From Meiothermus sp. (GTDB lineage: Bacteria; Deinococcota; Deinococci; Deinococcales; Thermaceae): DNA of 64,000 bases. Shown one piece after another: positions 27,053 through 35,637 of this stretch. Positions within the stretch are counted from its first letter, which is position 1, and each line of letters starts with the position of its first letter. The notes below the pieces were generated by a model. That model was not told the DNA's origin, searched no databases, and worked only from the letters and a program-made list of their open reading frames with translations. Position numbers and translations under genes: made by a program. The stretch lies in assembly GCA_033762915.1 (NCBI GenBank), contig JANRLD010000013.1, forward strand, positions 1 through 64,000. The letters are read 5' to 3'.

Positions 27053-27174
27053 TAAGTATCTCCATAGTGGAATTGCAGCATCCGCACTCACCGATAGATC
27101 GGGCAATTGCGCCCAAAAGCCGCTCGCTGATGAGGCTGTGCTGAAGTCCTGCAATCTCACTATGGCGCAACTTA
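27053..27174 (+). mobile_element. MITE-like palindromic element, family 1, copy A
   Basis: Imperfect ~26-bp terminal inverted repeats TAAGTATCTCCATAGTGGAATTGCAG / CTGCAATCTCACTATGGCGCAACTTA; internal GGGCAATTGCGCC; close match to 53199-53317. Confidence 0.8.
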
Positions 27175-27364
27175 GAGGCTTATTGCAATACCATTTATTC
27201 CGACTCATTCGGCAAATTTCGTGCCCGACAGCCGAATCACCGCAAAGGAATGTCCTCCCCCCTTGAGGGGGAGGGAGCCTTGTGCCTGTACCCGACGGCT
27301 TCCTGGCGATCAAGTCGGAATAGATGATTGCAATACGCCCCTATGTGCCGCGTACAATCGGGGC

Positions 27365-27712
27365 ATGTTCGAGGGCGTCGCGCTGGTTCTGCGGTTTGTG
27401 CTGTGGCTGGTGCCGGGGGTGCTGGCCTTCCTGGCGGTGCGGGCCTTTTTTCCACAGCGTTATCCACAGGCTCAGGCTTTGCCCGCCGCCACCCCGGAGG
27501 AGCGCAGCCGGCGCTCGAGGGTCGGCCTCGGTCTCGCCGTCGCTGCCATCCTCGCCGCGGCGCTGGTCAAGCCCTTTCCGGTGGGTGTGGCGGTGCTGAT
27601 TATCGGGGTGCTGGCGGGCTTCGGCGGCGGTCGCAACCCCAAATACCTGCGCGACCGCGAGCAGATGCGGAAGATACTCGAGGCCCAGGCGGAGAAAAAG
27701 GACGGGGGGTAG
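27365..27712 (+). CDS. Small membrane protein, unknown function
   Basis: TACAAT-6nt-ATG; MFEGVALVLRFVLW... with three hydrophobic segments; host-like codon usage. Confidence 0.75.
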   Translation: MFEGVALVLRFVLWLVPGVLAFLAVRAFFPQRYPQAQALPAATPEERSRRSRVGLGLAVAAILAAALVKPFPVGVAVLIIGVLAGFGGGRNPKYLRDREQMRKILEAQAEKKDGG

Positions 27713-27746
27713 GGGAGAGGCTCGAGGCTCAGCTCACCACAAATCC

Positions 27747-27881
27747 GTCATTCCGAGCGGAGAATCCTTTGCGGCGTGGCCAGAAAGTCACGGTGCTGTA
27801 CATGGGTGACCCGGACTCGAGGGATTCCTCGAGTTCAGTAAAGTGCCGAGCGCCCTTCCCGAACTGAAGACCTCGGAATGA
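27747..27881. repeat. GTCATTCCGAG-type palindromic repeat element
   Basis: Terminal inverted repeat TCATTCCGAG (27748-27757) / CTCGGAATGA (27872-27881) plus inner GAATCC / GGATTC pair. Confidence 0.6.
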
Positions 27882-27924
27882 TATCGGTTTGGGTGAGGTG
27901 AACAGCGGGGTTTTTGCGGTGGTC

Positions 27925-27997
27925 GGACGCATGGCCGTGCGTCCCTACGGGTGATGTGGTCGCTCACCAGGCTGGACGAGCTGCCGCTCGTCCCTAC
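27925..27997 (-). repeat. Two tandem GTAG REPs of the family flanking the RAYT gene
   Basis: GGACGCATGGCCGTGCGTCCCTAC (27925-27948) and compensatory variant GGACGAGCTGCCGCTCGTCCCTAC (27974-27997). Confidence 0.8.
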
Positions 27998-28011
27998 CCG
28001 CCCCTTTCCCT

Positions 28012-28590
28012 TTACTCCCGATGTGCTGCCGCCCGCTCGCGGTCGCGCTCGCGGGTGGGCACGAAGGCGTTCTCGATCTCGGGCAGGTGGACAAAACGAT
28101 CCACGGCGTCTATCAGCTTCTGGGCGGTGGTCTCCTTGAAGGCTACCACCTCGACGCGGATGCCGCGCTCCATCAGCACCTCGATGATGTCCACGAAGTC
28201 GCCGTCGCCGCTGCCCAGCACCACCACATCTAAGGTGTGCATCAGCCGCACCATGTCGGCGGCGATGCCCATGTCCCAGTTGCCCTCGTAGATGGGCTTG
28301 CCCTCGTCGGTAGTCTCCTTGAGGGTCAGGTTCATCCGGCGCACCCTAAAGCCGATGGTCGAGAGCTTGTAGATGAAGGGCCAGGCTGAGGTGTCGCCCT
28401 CGCGCTCGACTACGTAGGCGGTGGCCCGCACCAACTGCCGCCCCCCGACCGCAAAGCGCATCAGGCTCTCAAAGTTGACGTTTTGCCCGTAGTAGTCCCG
28501 GGCAGAGTGGTACAGGTTTTGGGTGTCCACGAAAAGTCCGACGCGCTGGCCGGGTACCACGCCCGGCACTCGGCCAAAGGGGTCGTTCAT
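28012..28590 (-). CDS. NYN domain (LabA/DUF88) protein
   Basis: FVDTQNLY, WDMGIAAD, LGSGDGDF; AGGAG RBS. Confidence 0.93.
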   Translation of the reverse strand: MNDPFGRVPGVVPGQRVGLFVDTQNLYHSARDYYGQNVNFESLMRFAVGGRQLVRATAYVVEREGDTSAWPFIYKLSTIGFRVRRMNLTLKETTDEGKPIYEGNWDMGIAADMVRLMHTLDVVVLGSGDGDFVDIIEVLMERGIRVEVVAFKETTAQKLIDAVDRFVHLPEIENAFVPTRERDRERAAAHRE

Positions 28591-28767
28591 AGGGCTCCTT
28601 TGTAAAGTCAGTCTGTAAAGTCGAACGGCAAAAACCTAGTCTTTATTTGTCGTCCGCCTATGATTGTACTACCGCCGGGTCAAATACGAGTACGGGCAAC
28701 CGGTCTGTGGCGTGTGCTCGAGTAACCCCACTCTCGAGGTCGTCGACCGTTGTCCTCTGCCACCCGC

Positions 28768-29943
28768 TCACCTGGCCACCACGATCTCGTTCCCTGCCGC
28801 CCACTGGCCGATGTCCTGCTTGTTTATGGCGGCGGCCATTAGGTCGGGGAAGAGGTCGGGGGTGCAGGCGAAGCTGGGGATGCCCATGCGGGCGAACTCG
28901 GCGGCTACCTGGTGGTCGTAGCTGGGCCGTCCATCGTCGCTTAGGGCCAGCAGGGCGATCACCTGCACACCTGAGGCCGACAGCGCGGCAGCCCGCCCCA
29001 GCATCTCGGCCTGGTTGCCCCCCTCGTAGAGGTCGGAGACCAGCACCAGGATGGTCTCCTGGGGGCGCGTCACGATGCTCTGGCAGTAGGCCAGGGCGCG
29101 GTTGATGTCGGTGCCGCCGCCGAGCTGCACCCCGAACAGCAGATCCACCGGGTCTTGCAGTTTGTCAGACAGGTCCACCACCTCGGTGTCGAAAACCACC
29201 ATGCGGGTGTTCACTGCCTTGAGGGTGGCCAGCACCGCCCCGAACACCCCTGAGTAGACCACGCTGCTCCCCATCGAGCCGGACTGGTCGAGGCAGAGCA
29301 CAATCTCGCGCAGGGCCGAGCGCTTGCGCCCGTAGCCGATGCGGGTCTCGGGGACAATGGTCTTGTGGGTGGGCTGGTAGTGCCGGAGGTTGGCCCGGAT
29401 GGTGCGGTTCCAGTCTATTTCGCTGTGTTTGGGGCGGCGGTTGCGGACGGCCCGGTTGAGGCTGCCCATCACGGCGGTGCGCATGGGCTCAGCCAGTTTG
29501 CGCTCGAGTTCTTCCACCACCCGCTGCACCACCATTCGGGCGGTGTCCTTGGCCCTGGCGGGCATGGTGTCTTTGAGGGCGATCAGGTCGGCGGCGAGGT
29601 GCACGTCGGGCGAGAGGTTTTCCATCAGCTCCGGCTCCAGGAGCATCTGGCGCAGGCCCTGGCGCTCCAGGGCATCGCGCTGCATCACCTTGACCACGCT
29701 CTTGGGAAAGAACTCGCGGATGTCGCCCAGCCACCGCGCTACACCGGGGCGGGACTTGCCCATCCCGCCCTTCTGGCCCTTGCCGCTCTCCTCGCCGTCC
29801 TCGCCGTAGAGTCGGGCCAGCGCCCCGTCCATGCGGGCGGCGTTCGCGTTCAGGCCGCCGCAACTCCCCTCGGCGGGGCCGCCCAGCACCAGGCGCCAGC
29901 GCTGGAGGCGGTTGAACTCGGGTGTGGTTTCAGACTCGGGCAT
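28768..29943 (-). CDS. vWA (CoxE-type) protein, YehP-like
   Basis: RWRLVLG, IDWNRTIRANL, LDQSGSM, GGGTDI, VSDLYEG. Confidence 0.92.
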   Translation of the reverse strand: MPESETTPEFNRLQRWRLVLGGPAEGSCGGLNANAARMDGALARLYGEDGEESGKGQKGGMGKSRPGVARWLGDIREFFPKSVVKVMQRDALERQGLRQMLLEPELMENLSPDVHLAADLIALKDTMPARAKDTARMVVQRVVEELERKLAEPMRTAVMGSLNRAVRNRRPKHSEIDWNRTIRANLRHYQPTHKTIVPETRIGYGRKRSALREIVLCLDQSGSMGSSVVYSGVFGAVLATLKAVNTRMVVFDTEVVDLSDKLQDPVDLLFGVQLGGGTDINRALAYCQSIVTRPQETILVLVSDLYEGGNQAEMLGRAAALSASGVQVIALLALSDDGRPSYDHQVAAEFARMGIPSFACTPDLFPDLMAAAINKQDIGQWAAGNEIVVAR

Positions 29944-29977
29944 GGATTCCTCCTCGAGGATTGCTTAGCATGGGGGC

Positions 29978-30829
29978 ATGATTCCAGTGGCGACCTTTTC
30001 GCTCGTGGCCCGCGACCCCCAGACCGGCGACCTCGGCGTGGCGGTGGCGAGTAAGTTCTTGGCGGTGGGCTTTGTGGTGCCCTGGCTGCGGGCCGGGGTG
30101 GGGGCGGTGGCTACGCAGTCGTACTGCAACCCCCACTACGGGCCGCAGGGCCTCGAGCTGATGCGCTGGGGGGCGAGCCCTGCCGAGGTGCTCAAAACCT
30201 TCGAGCGCACCGACCCCGAAATCGCCGGGCGGCAGTTCGGGCTGGTCAGCGCCTCCGGCGAAAGCCTCACCTACTCGGGGGCAGGCTGCCACCCCTGGGC
30301 CGGTGGGCGCAGCGGCCCCAACTATGCCGCCCAGGGCAACATTCTGAGCGGGCCAGAGGTCGTGGATGCGCTGGTGCAGACCTTCCTTATCTCCACTAAG
30401 CCCTTTCCCGAACGCCTGACCGAAGCCTTGCTGGCGGCAGACCGCGCCGGCGGCGACCGGCGGGGCCGGCAGTCGGCGGCGCTGCACATTGTGGGCGAGG
30501 GCAAGGGCTACGGCGGGATGGAGCGCTGGATCGACCTGCGGGTCGACGACCACCCCGACCCTTGCCTCGAGCTTCAGCGGCTCTTGGGCCTGCACCGCCT
30601 GTTCTTCTCCCGGCCCGAACACCCCGAACCCCTCAGCAGCACCGATATCGCCTGGGTTCAGGGTGTACTGGTGCGGCAGGGCCGGCTGGTCGAGGTCAGC
30701 GGCACCTGGGACGAGGCCACCGAGAAGGCCTTCCGCGACCTGATCGGCATCGAGAACCTCGAGGAACGCTACGCGGGCGGCCCCTTCCTCGACCGCGAGG
30801 CCCTGGATTACCTCAAGTCCAAGCTGTAG
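29978..30829 (+). CDS. DUF1028 Ntn-hydrolase-like protein with C-terminal putative peptidoglycan-binding domain
   Basis: TFSLVARD, GAVATQS, QGNIL, GGDRRGRQSAA, DLRVDDH, ENLEER. Confidence 0.9.
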   Translation: MIPVATFSLVARDPQTGDLGVAVASKFLAVGFVVPWLRAGVGAVATQSYCNPHYGPQGLELMRWGASPAEVLKTFERTDPEIAGRQFGLVSASGESLTYSGAGCHPWAGGRSGPNYAAQGNILSGPEVVDALVQTFLISTKPFPERLTEALLAADRAGGDRRGRQSAALHIVGEGKGYGGMERWIDLRVDDHPDPCLELQRLLGLHRLFFSRPEHPEPLSSTDIAWVQGVLVRQGRLVEVSGTWDEATEKAFRDLIGIENLEERYAGGPFLDREALDYLKSKL

Positions 30830-30834
30830 CAGCC

Positions 30835-31506
30835 TCACCCCAGCCTCCAGTCGATCGGGGTTTGGCCGGACTCCTCGAGCGCCGCATTGGTTTTGGAGAA
30901 GGGCTTGGAGCCAAAGAACCCGCCCTTGGCCGCCAGCGGCGAGGGGTGCGCCGACTGCACGATGACATGGCGAGAAGTGTCGATAAACTCAGCTTTCTTT
31001 TGCGCGTTGGCCCCCCACAGCACAAAGACCACTCGAGTGGCCTTGGCGTTTACCGCCGCAATCACCGCGTCGGTAAACTTCTCCCAGCCCTTGCCCTTGT
31101 GCGAGTTGGCCTCGCCGCTTCTAACGGTGAGCGCGGTGTTCAGCAGCAGCACGCCCTGGTCGGCCCAGGGTTTCAGGTAGCCGGTCTTGACCCGTGGAAT
31201 GCCCAGGTCGGCCTCGAGTTCTTTGTAGATGTTCACCAGGCTGGGCGGAACCCTCACCCCCTCGCGCACGCTGAAGGCCAGGCCGTGGGCCTCGCCGGGG
31301 TTGAAGTAGGGGTCTTGGCCCACCACCAGCACCTTTACCTGGTCGTAGGGCGTGTAGCCCAGGGCGTTGAACACGTCCTCCTGCGGCGGGAACACCGTAT
31401 GTTTGCTGCGCTCTTCGCTTACAAAAGCCTCGAGCTTGGGCCAGTAGGGTTTATCAAACTCGGCCTCGAGCACGGCTTGCCAGTTGGCGGGAATTTGCTC
31501 TTTCAT
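30835..31506 (-). CDS. ung: Uracil-DNA glycosylase, family 1
   Basis: GQDPY, HGLAFS, PPSLVNIYKEL, GVLLLN, HPSPL. Confidence 0.96.
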   Translation of the reverse strand: MKEQIPANWQAVLEAEFDKPYWPKLEAFVSEERSKHTVFPPQEDVFNALGYTPYDQVKVLVVGQDPYFNPGEAHGLAFSVREGVRVPPSLVNIYKELEADLGIPRVKTGYLKPWADQGVLLLNTALTVRSGEANSHKGKGWEKFTDAVIAAVNAKATRVVFVLWGANAQKKAEFIDTSRHVIVQSAHPSPLAAKGGFFGSKPFSKTNAALEESGQTPIDWRLG

Positions 31507-31515
31507 AGAGGCTCC

Positions 31516-32004
31516 TTAGGTGTCGAAGGCAATGATGTAGACGACCAAAGTGGGCCCGCCGCGCTTGATGTAGACCGTCGGATAAAACCCCGAAGCTGTG
31601 GAGGATTGCTGGGTCTCGGAGGACTTAAGTTCATAGACCTCGAGCGGCGGCTGTGGATCGAACCAGCTCTGCTTATAGATGTTCTCGGGTGGCTGAGGAA
31701 GATTGACCCTGACCAGGTTGTTGCCGCTCAAAAACCCGGGCAGCTCCTCGGGCAGCAGCTCGAAGCGGGCCTGGATGTACCAGTCCTGAAAGCCCTGGCC
31801 GTAGGCCCGCCAGTTCTGGGCGGTGGGGGGAATCTCGAGCTTTACCCAGTCGGCGTACTCGGCGGCGGTGGGGGTGGTGGAGTTGTCGGAGAAGATGGCG
31901 ACGGCGGCGGAGCGCAGACCCCAGTAGCCGAGCAGCAGGGCCAGCACAACTACGCCCGAGATGATGAGGGCGGTTTTGCGGGGGTTGGGTTTAGGGGTGG
32001 TCAT
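31516..32004 (-). CDS. Hypothetical protein with N-terminal TM anchor (cargo in Yeh-like operon)
   Basis: GAGGAAG RBS-like sequence before ATG 32004; TM helix followed by a soluble domain; tightly spaced in the operon. Confidence 0.75.
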   Translation of the reverse strand: MTTPKPNPRKTALIISGVVVLALLLGYWGLRSAAVAIFSDNSTTPTAAEYADWVKLEIPPTAQNWRAYGQGFQDWYIQARFELLPEELPGFLSGNNLVRVNLPQPPENIYKQSWFDPQPPLEVYELKSSETQQSSTASGFYPTVYIKRGGPTLVVYIIAFDT

Positions 32005-32011
32005 AGCTTCC

Positions 32012-32701
32012 TCAAGTGATACGCGTGACCGAATGAAGCTGCCCACCATCCCACCAGACCTCGATCCAGGGTTCTGAATCCTTAAATGTCCAAAGTACCA
32101 ACTTCATCCCTTTGTTTTCGTACTCATCCCATGTGCTCTCTGCCCAACCCGTCTGCCATCCAGCCAACGCCGCATATGTAGACCGATCATCGTCGCTCTT
32201 CCACGCTAAGGCTCGTTCATGCAGATAGTCGTCAAACGGAAAAATCAACTTTTGGTCTTCAAGTGGAAGGTCACCAAACCCCCAGTATGGCTGCCAGTTT
32301 CTTCCAACTAACCATCGTTGAATGTCAGGAGAACTTAACTGCAAAGTAATGTCTATATTAGGTAACGACAATGCTTCTTGAGCAAACAGAGGCGTGCCGC
32401 CATTCAAACTTGACCTATTCAAGGAGGCATCAGACTCCCACTCAACAACACTTTCTTCCCAATCATCCATACCGAGACTCAAATAAACGCTGAAGACACC
32501 CGTCAGGCCGTCGAAACCGGGAGGCAAAAAACGACAGTCCACACTAATCCAGTGACGATGATTTCTCTTTCTTTTTTCTGAACCAACGATACCTTTTCCA
32601 CCCCACACTGCCGCAAATTGACTATCCTCGCCAAAAGGCTCTAAGTTAACAGACGGCCTCGCTAGTTTGTGTGCCTCTTCAATTAACCGCTCAAGTGTCA
32701 T
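32012..32701 (-). CDS. Hypothetical Trp/acidic protein, AT-rich (recently acquired cargo)
   Basis: 229-aa ORF with ATGA overlap to DUF5682; visibly lower GC than flanks; no CTCGAG site. Confidence 0.8.
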   Translation of the reverse strand: MTLERLIEEAHKLARPSVNLEPFGEDSQFAAVWGGKGIVGSEKRKRNHRHWISVDCRFLPPGFDGLTGVFSVYLSLGMDDWEESVVEWESDASLNRSSLNGGTPLFAQEALSLPNIDITLQLSSPDIQRWLVGRNWQPYWGFGDLPLEDQKLIFPFDDYLHERALAWKSDDDRSTYAALAGWQTGWAESTWDEYENKGMKLVLWTFKDSEPWIEVWWDGGQLHSVTRIT

Positions 32702-34977
32702 GCTTTACCTCCCAATCCGAGCAACTGTGCGTACAGCGGCAGCACCCTAGCCCCGCGCTCGTCGTCCACCATTCCATTGCCCTGTTTCGCCACCGCCACC
32801 GCGCCCACTTCGGTTGCTTTGGCCTTCTCGCCCAGGCTGCGGCGCTCGGGGCTTTCAAAGCTGCTAAAGGTTCGGCGCAGCAGCGGTAGAATCCGCACGA
32901 AGGCCTCTGAACTCAGCCCGGCCAGCCAGTTGTTGAGCAACCCAAACAGCCCGTCGTCGTGAATCAAAATTAGACCGCTGCCCTTGAGGAAACCCTCGAG
33001 CCAGCCGCTGGCCCGCTCGGGTTCGGGGTCGGAGAGGGCCAAGCCCAGTCGGCGGGCGGTCTCCTCGGAGTCGTAGAGGCCCGCCTCCATCAACAGGCGC
33101 ACCGCCCGGCCCACAATCAACCCGTGGCCCGAGTATTGGTTGGCCAGCTTGCCCAAGGTCTCTTGCCAGAGGGCGCTTTGCTCGGGGTCTTGCAGGGTCT
33201 GGAGGGCGGAGTGCAGCTCGAGGATTTTCCCGAACATCTCGAGGGCTGCGTCGTCGGAGATCGAGGCGCAGGCGTTGGGCAAGCCCACGCAAATGCGGGC
33301 CACCATGCCCTCCACGGCGTGGCCCACCATCTGGGTATCGGTCTGGCGCACGTTGCCGTAGCGCAGCACCCTCGCCAGCGGCGGTACCACCTGCATCAGC
33401 ACACCGATGTCGGTGGCCTGGGCGGCCTGGTTTTCGATGGAACGCATCAGGGCACTCGAGGCGGCGGGCAACTCGGCCAGCAGCACGTCCTCAAGCATTT
33501 TGGTGAGGGCGGGCAGGTCGGCGTTTTGGGTGGCCTCGATGACCCTGCCCGCGCTGGCATCCAGCACTGTGGAGCCGTAGCGGCCCGCTTCAATCAGGGC
33601 AACGGCGTACTCGGGTTCCCACTTAAGCTGCCAGGCCTCTTTGAAGGTTCCCTTGCTGCTGCTGTAGGCGGGGTGCGCCCACTCGATGCCCAGCAAGCGC
33701 AGGCGGTGAAAGAGCTGCGAGCGGCCCAGGTCGGTTTCCTTGCGGAGGTCTAGCTCGAGGTCGCGCACGGTTGCGTCTTGGGTCAGGCGCAGGCGCTTGA
33801 CTTCCTTGGCCAGGTCTTGCTGCAAGGGCGCGGCGGGAGTCTCGCCGGGCACTGCGCCCAGGCGTTCGCCTACCGTCAGTTTTTCGCCAATCAGTTGCAG
33901 CACCAGCGGGTTGCCGAAGGCGAAGGTGGCCTCGGCGGCTTGGTCCATTTCCTCGAGACCGGGCAGGGCTCGAGAGCGCATTGCGGCAAGGGTGTCGGCC
34001 AGCCGCACCGCGTCAATCACCTGTGCGGGGCTGCCACCCAAGTCCTGCTCGCGCAGCAGGGCCGCGATCTTGGCCATCCAGCGCTCGGTGATCTTGTCCG
34101 AACTCTCCCACAAGTGCTGGTACCACCCCGGCGAGGCAATGCCCGCGCCGTAGCCGCTGCTGCGCGAGAGCCGCCCATACGTCCAGGGAACCCAGGTGGC
34201 CGCCACTTTGGTTTTGGGCGGATTTTTGAGCAGCTCGGCGTCGGATTTTTTCAGGCCCTCCAGCGGCTTCTCCTTCAGCGCGGGGCCGTGCCAGGCTCCG
34301 CACACCACCGCGATGGTTTGATGACCCTCCTTGAGTGCGGCGCGGATGTTCTGGCGCATGGTGGCCTCGCGCAATTGTTCGTTCGCCTCCTCGGGTGGCT
34401 GGAATACGCCCTCGTCGGACTCACGCAGGGCCGAGATGGCCTCGAGGATCGCGGCAAAAACGTTCTCGTCCCGGCGCTCCTCGACCAGATAGTTCCACCA
34501 GCGCTCGAAGTCGGTGTATCCGGCGGCGTTTGCGAGTGCTGTTAATGAATCGGGTTGCGGGAGCTGTTCGGCAAGTTCGAGTGGGGGGGGAGGGGGGGAC
34601 TCGGGCGATTCTGCTTCGGGAGCGGGCTGGGTTTCTTTGCCGAGGGGTTCGGGGGCTTTTTGGCCCATGCGGTGGGTGAGCGGCAGGTCGAAAAAGCGGG
34701 TGGGGATGTTTTGGCTCAGGCCGTAGGTGAGGGCCTGCCACTCGGGCGAGAACCGGGCGAAGGGGTAGAAGGAGGCTTCGGCGGGGTTCTCGCTGGCGTA
34801 GACCAGCAGGGCCACAGGGGGCTGCATCTCGGCATGGAGCATCAAGGGCAGCAGGGGGTCGGCCTCGGGTGGGCCTTCGACCAGAATGCAGTCCGGGCGG
34901 AGCTGCTCGAGGGCTGTTTTCAAGCTTCGCGCCGAGCCGGGGCCGTGGTGCCGGATGCCGAAGATGTGGACGCTCAT
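32698..34977 (-). CDS. DUF5682 family protein, YehM-like
   Basis: FGIRHHGPGSAR, LVEGP, PFARFSPEW, RE..M, VCGAWH, SGYGAG, LRYGNVR, LPLLRRTF. Confidence 0.9.
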   Translation of the reverse strand: MSVHIFGIRHHGPGSARSLKTALEQLRPDCILVEGPPEADPLLPLMLHAEMQPPVALLVYASENPAEASFYPFARFSPEWQALTYGLSQNIPTRFFDLPLTHRMGQKAPEPLGKETQPAPEAESPESPPPPPLELAEQLPQPDSLTALANAAGYTDFERWWNYLVEERRDENVFAAILEAISALRESDEGVFQPPEEANEQLREATMRQNIRAALKEGHQTIAVVCGAWHGPALKEKPLEGLKKSDAELLKNPPKTKVAATWVPWTYGRLSRSSGYGAGIASPGWYQHLWESSDKITERWMAKIAALLREQDLGGSPAQVIDAVRLADTLAAMRSRALPGLEEMDQAAEATFAFGNPLVLQLIGEKLTVGERLGAVPGETPAAPLQQDLAKEVKRLRLTQDATVRDLELDLRKETDLGRSQLFHRLRLLGIEWAHPAYSSSKGTFKEAWQLKWEPEYAVALIEAGRYGSTVLDASAGRVIEATQNADLPALTKMLEDVLLAELPAASSALMRSIENQAAQATDIGVLMQVVPPLARVLRYGNVRQTDTQMVGHAVEGMVARICVGLPNACASISDDAALEMFGKILELHSALQTLQDPEQSALWQETLGKLANQYSGHGLIVGRAVRLLMEAGLYDSEETARRLGLALSDPEPERASGWLEGFLKGSGLILIHDDGLFGLLNNWLAGLSSEAFVRILPLLRRTFSSFESPERRSLGEKAKATEVGAVAVAKQGNGMVDDERGARVLPLYAQLLGLGGKA

Positions 34978-35591
34978 ACCTGTTCCTCTGAGTACCGGCG
35001 TTGCCGGGGGCCACACGGCCCTTCACTGTCGGTAGCCCAGTTGGCGGGGTTGTGGGCAATGTACTGGCGGATGTTCTCGAGGTGGCGGTCGTTTCTGATG
35101 ATTTGGTCGTGGTAGCGTTCCTGCCAAACGTCCGCACCTGGGGTTTGGCGAAGGCGATTAATCTTGGTGGTCACAGACGATTTTAAACCCGCCACCAAAG
35201 ACCCCAACGACCGCTTCGGTCGAAACAACAATGGCGTTGACCGTAGGGACGCACGGCCGTGCGTCTGCTCTGGGGCTGTAAAATCCACGTTGGAATCTGC
35301 CTCCGCTTTGGTTTGATCTGGTGGTTCAGATTTGGAAATCAATACAATGGCATGCAGATGATTGGGCATAATGACAAATTCGTCGAGAAAGATTTCCTTG
35401 CGAATCCCTTCTGATTTCAACCATTCCTCGAGCACGGTTTCACCCAAAGCATTCAAATGCATTGCCCCATCTGAAACCTCCCCAAACAGGTGCTCACCGT
35501 GGTAGGTCTTAATGGTGATGAAATACGCGCCATTTGAAGAGTAATCGAACCCTTTCAAACGGGGGGATTTTCGCTGGGGGCGGTTATACAT
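34974..35591 (-). mobile_element. REP-associated tyrosine (HUH Y1) transposase, RAYT
   Basis: RKSPRLKGFDYS..GAYFIT, VIMPNHLH (HUH), WQERYHDQIIR, YIAHNP (catalytic Tyr); REP upstream and REP inside the gene. Confidence 0.92.
35243..35265 (+). repeat. GTAG REP embedded in-frame in the RAYT gene
   Basis: GTAGGGACGCACGGCCGTGCGTC, read as QTHGRASLR on the minus strand. Confidence 0.85.
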
Positions 35592-35608
35592 ACGTGCTCA
35601 CCATGTTC

Positions 35609-35632
35609 GGACGCACGGCCGTGCGTCCCTAC
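35609..35632 (-). repeat. GTAG REP upstream of RAYT
   Basis: GGACGCACGGCCGTGCGTCCCTAC, perfect palindrome plus CTAC. Confidence 0.88.
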
Positions 35633-35637
35633 AACAA

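Noticed and set aside
27053..27174. Family-1 element as an integron attC site
   Set aside because: It lacks RYYYAAC...GTTRRRY ends in the correct orientation, the copies do not form a cassette array, and no integrase is in the window
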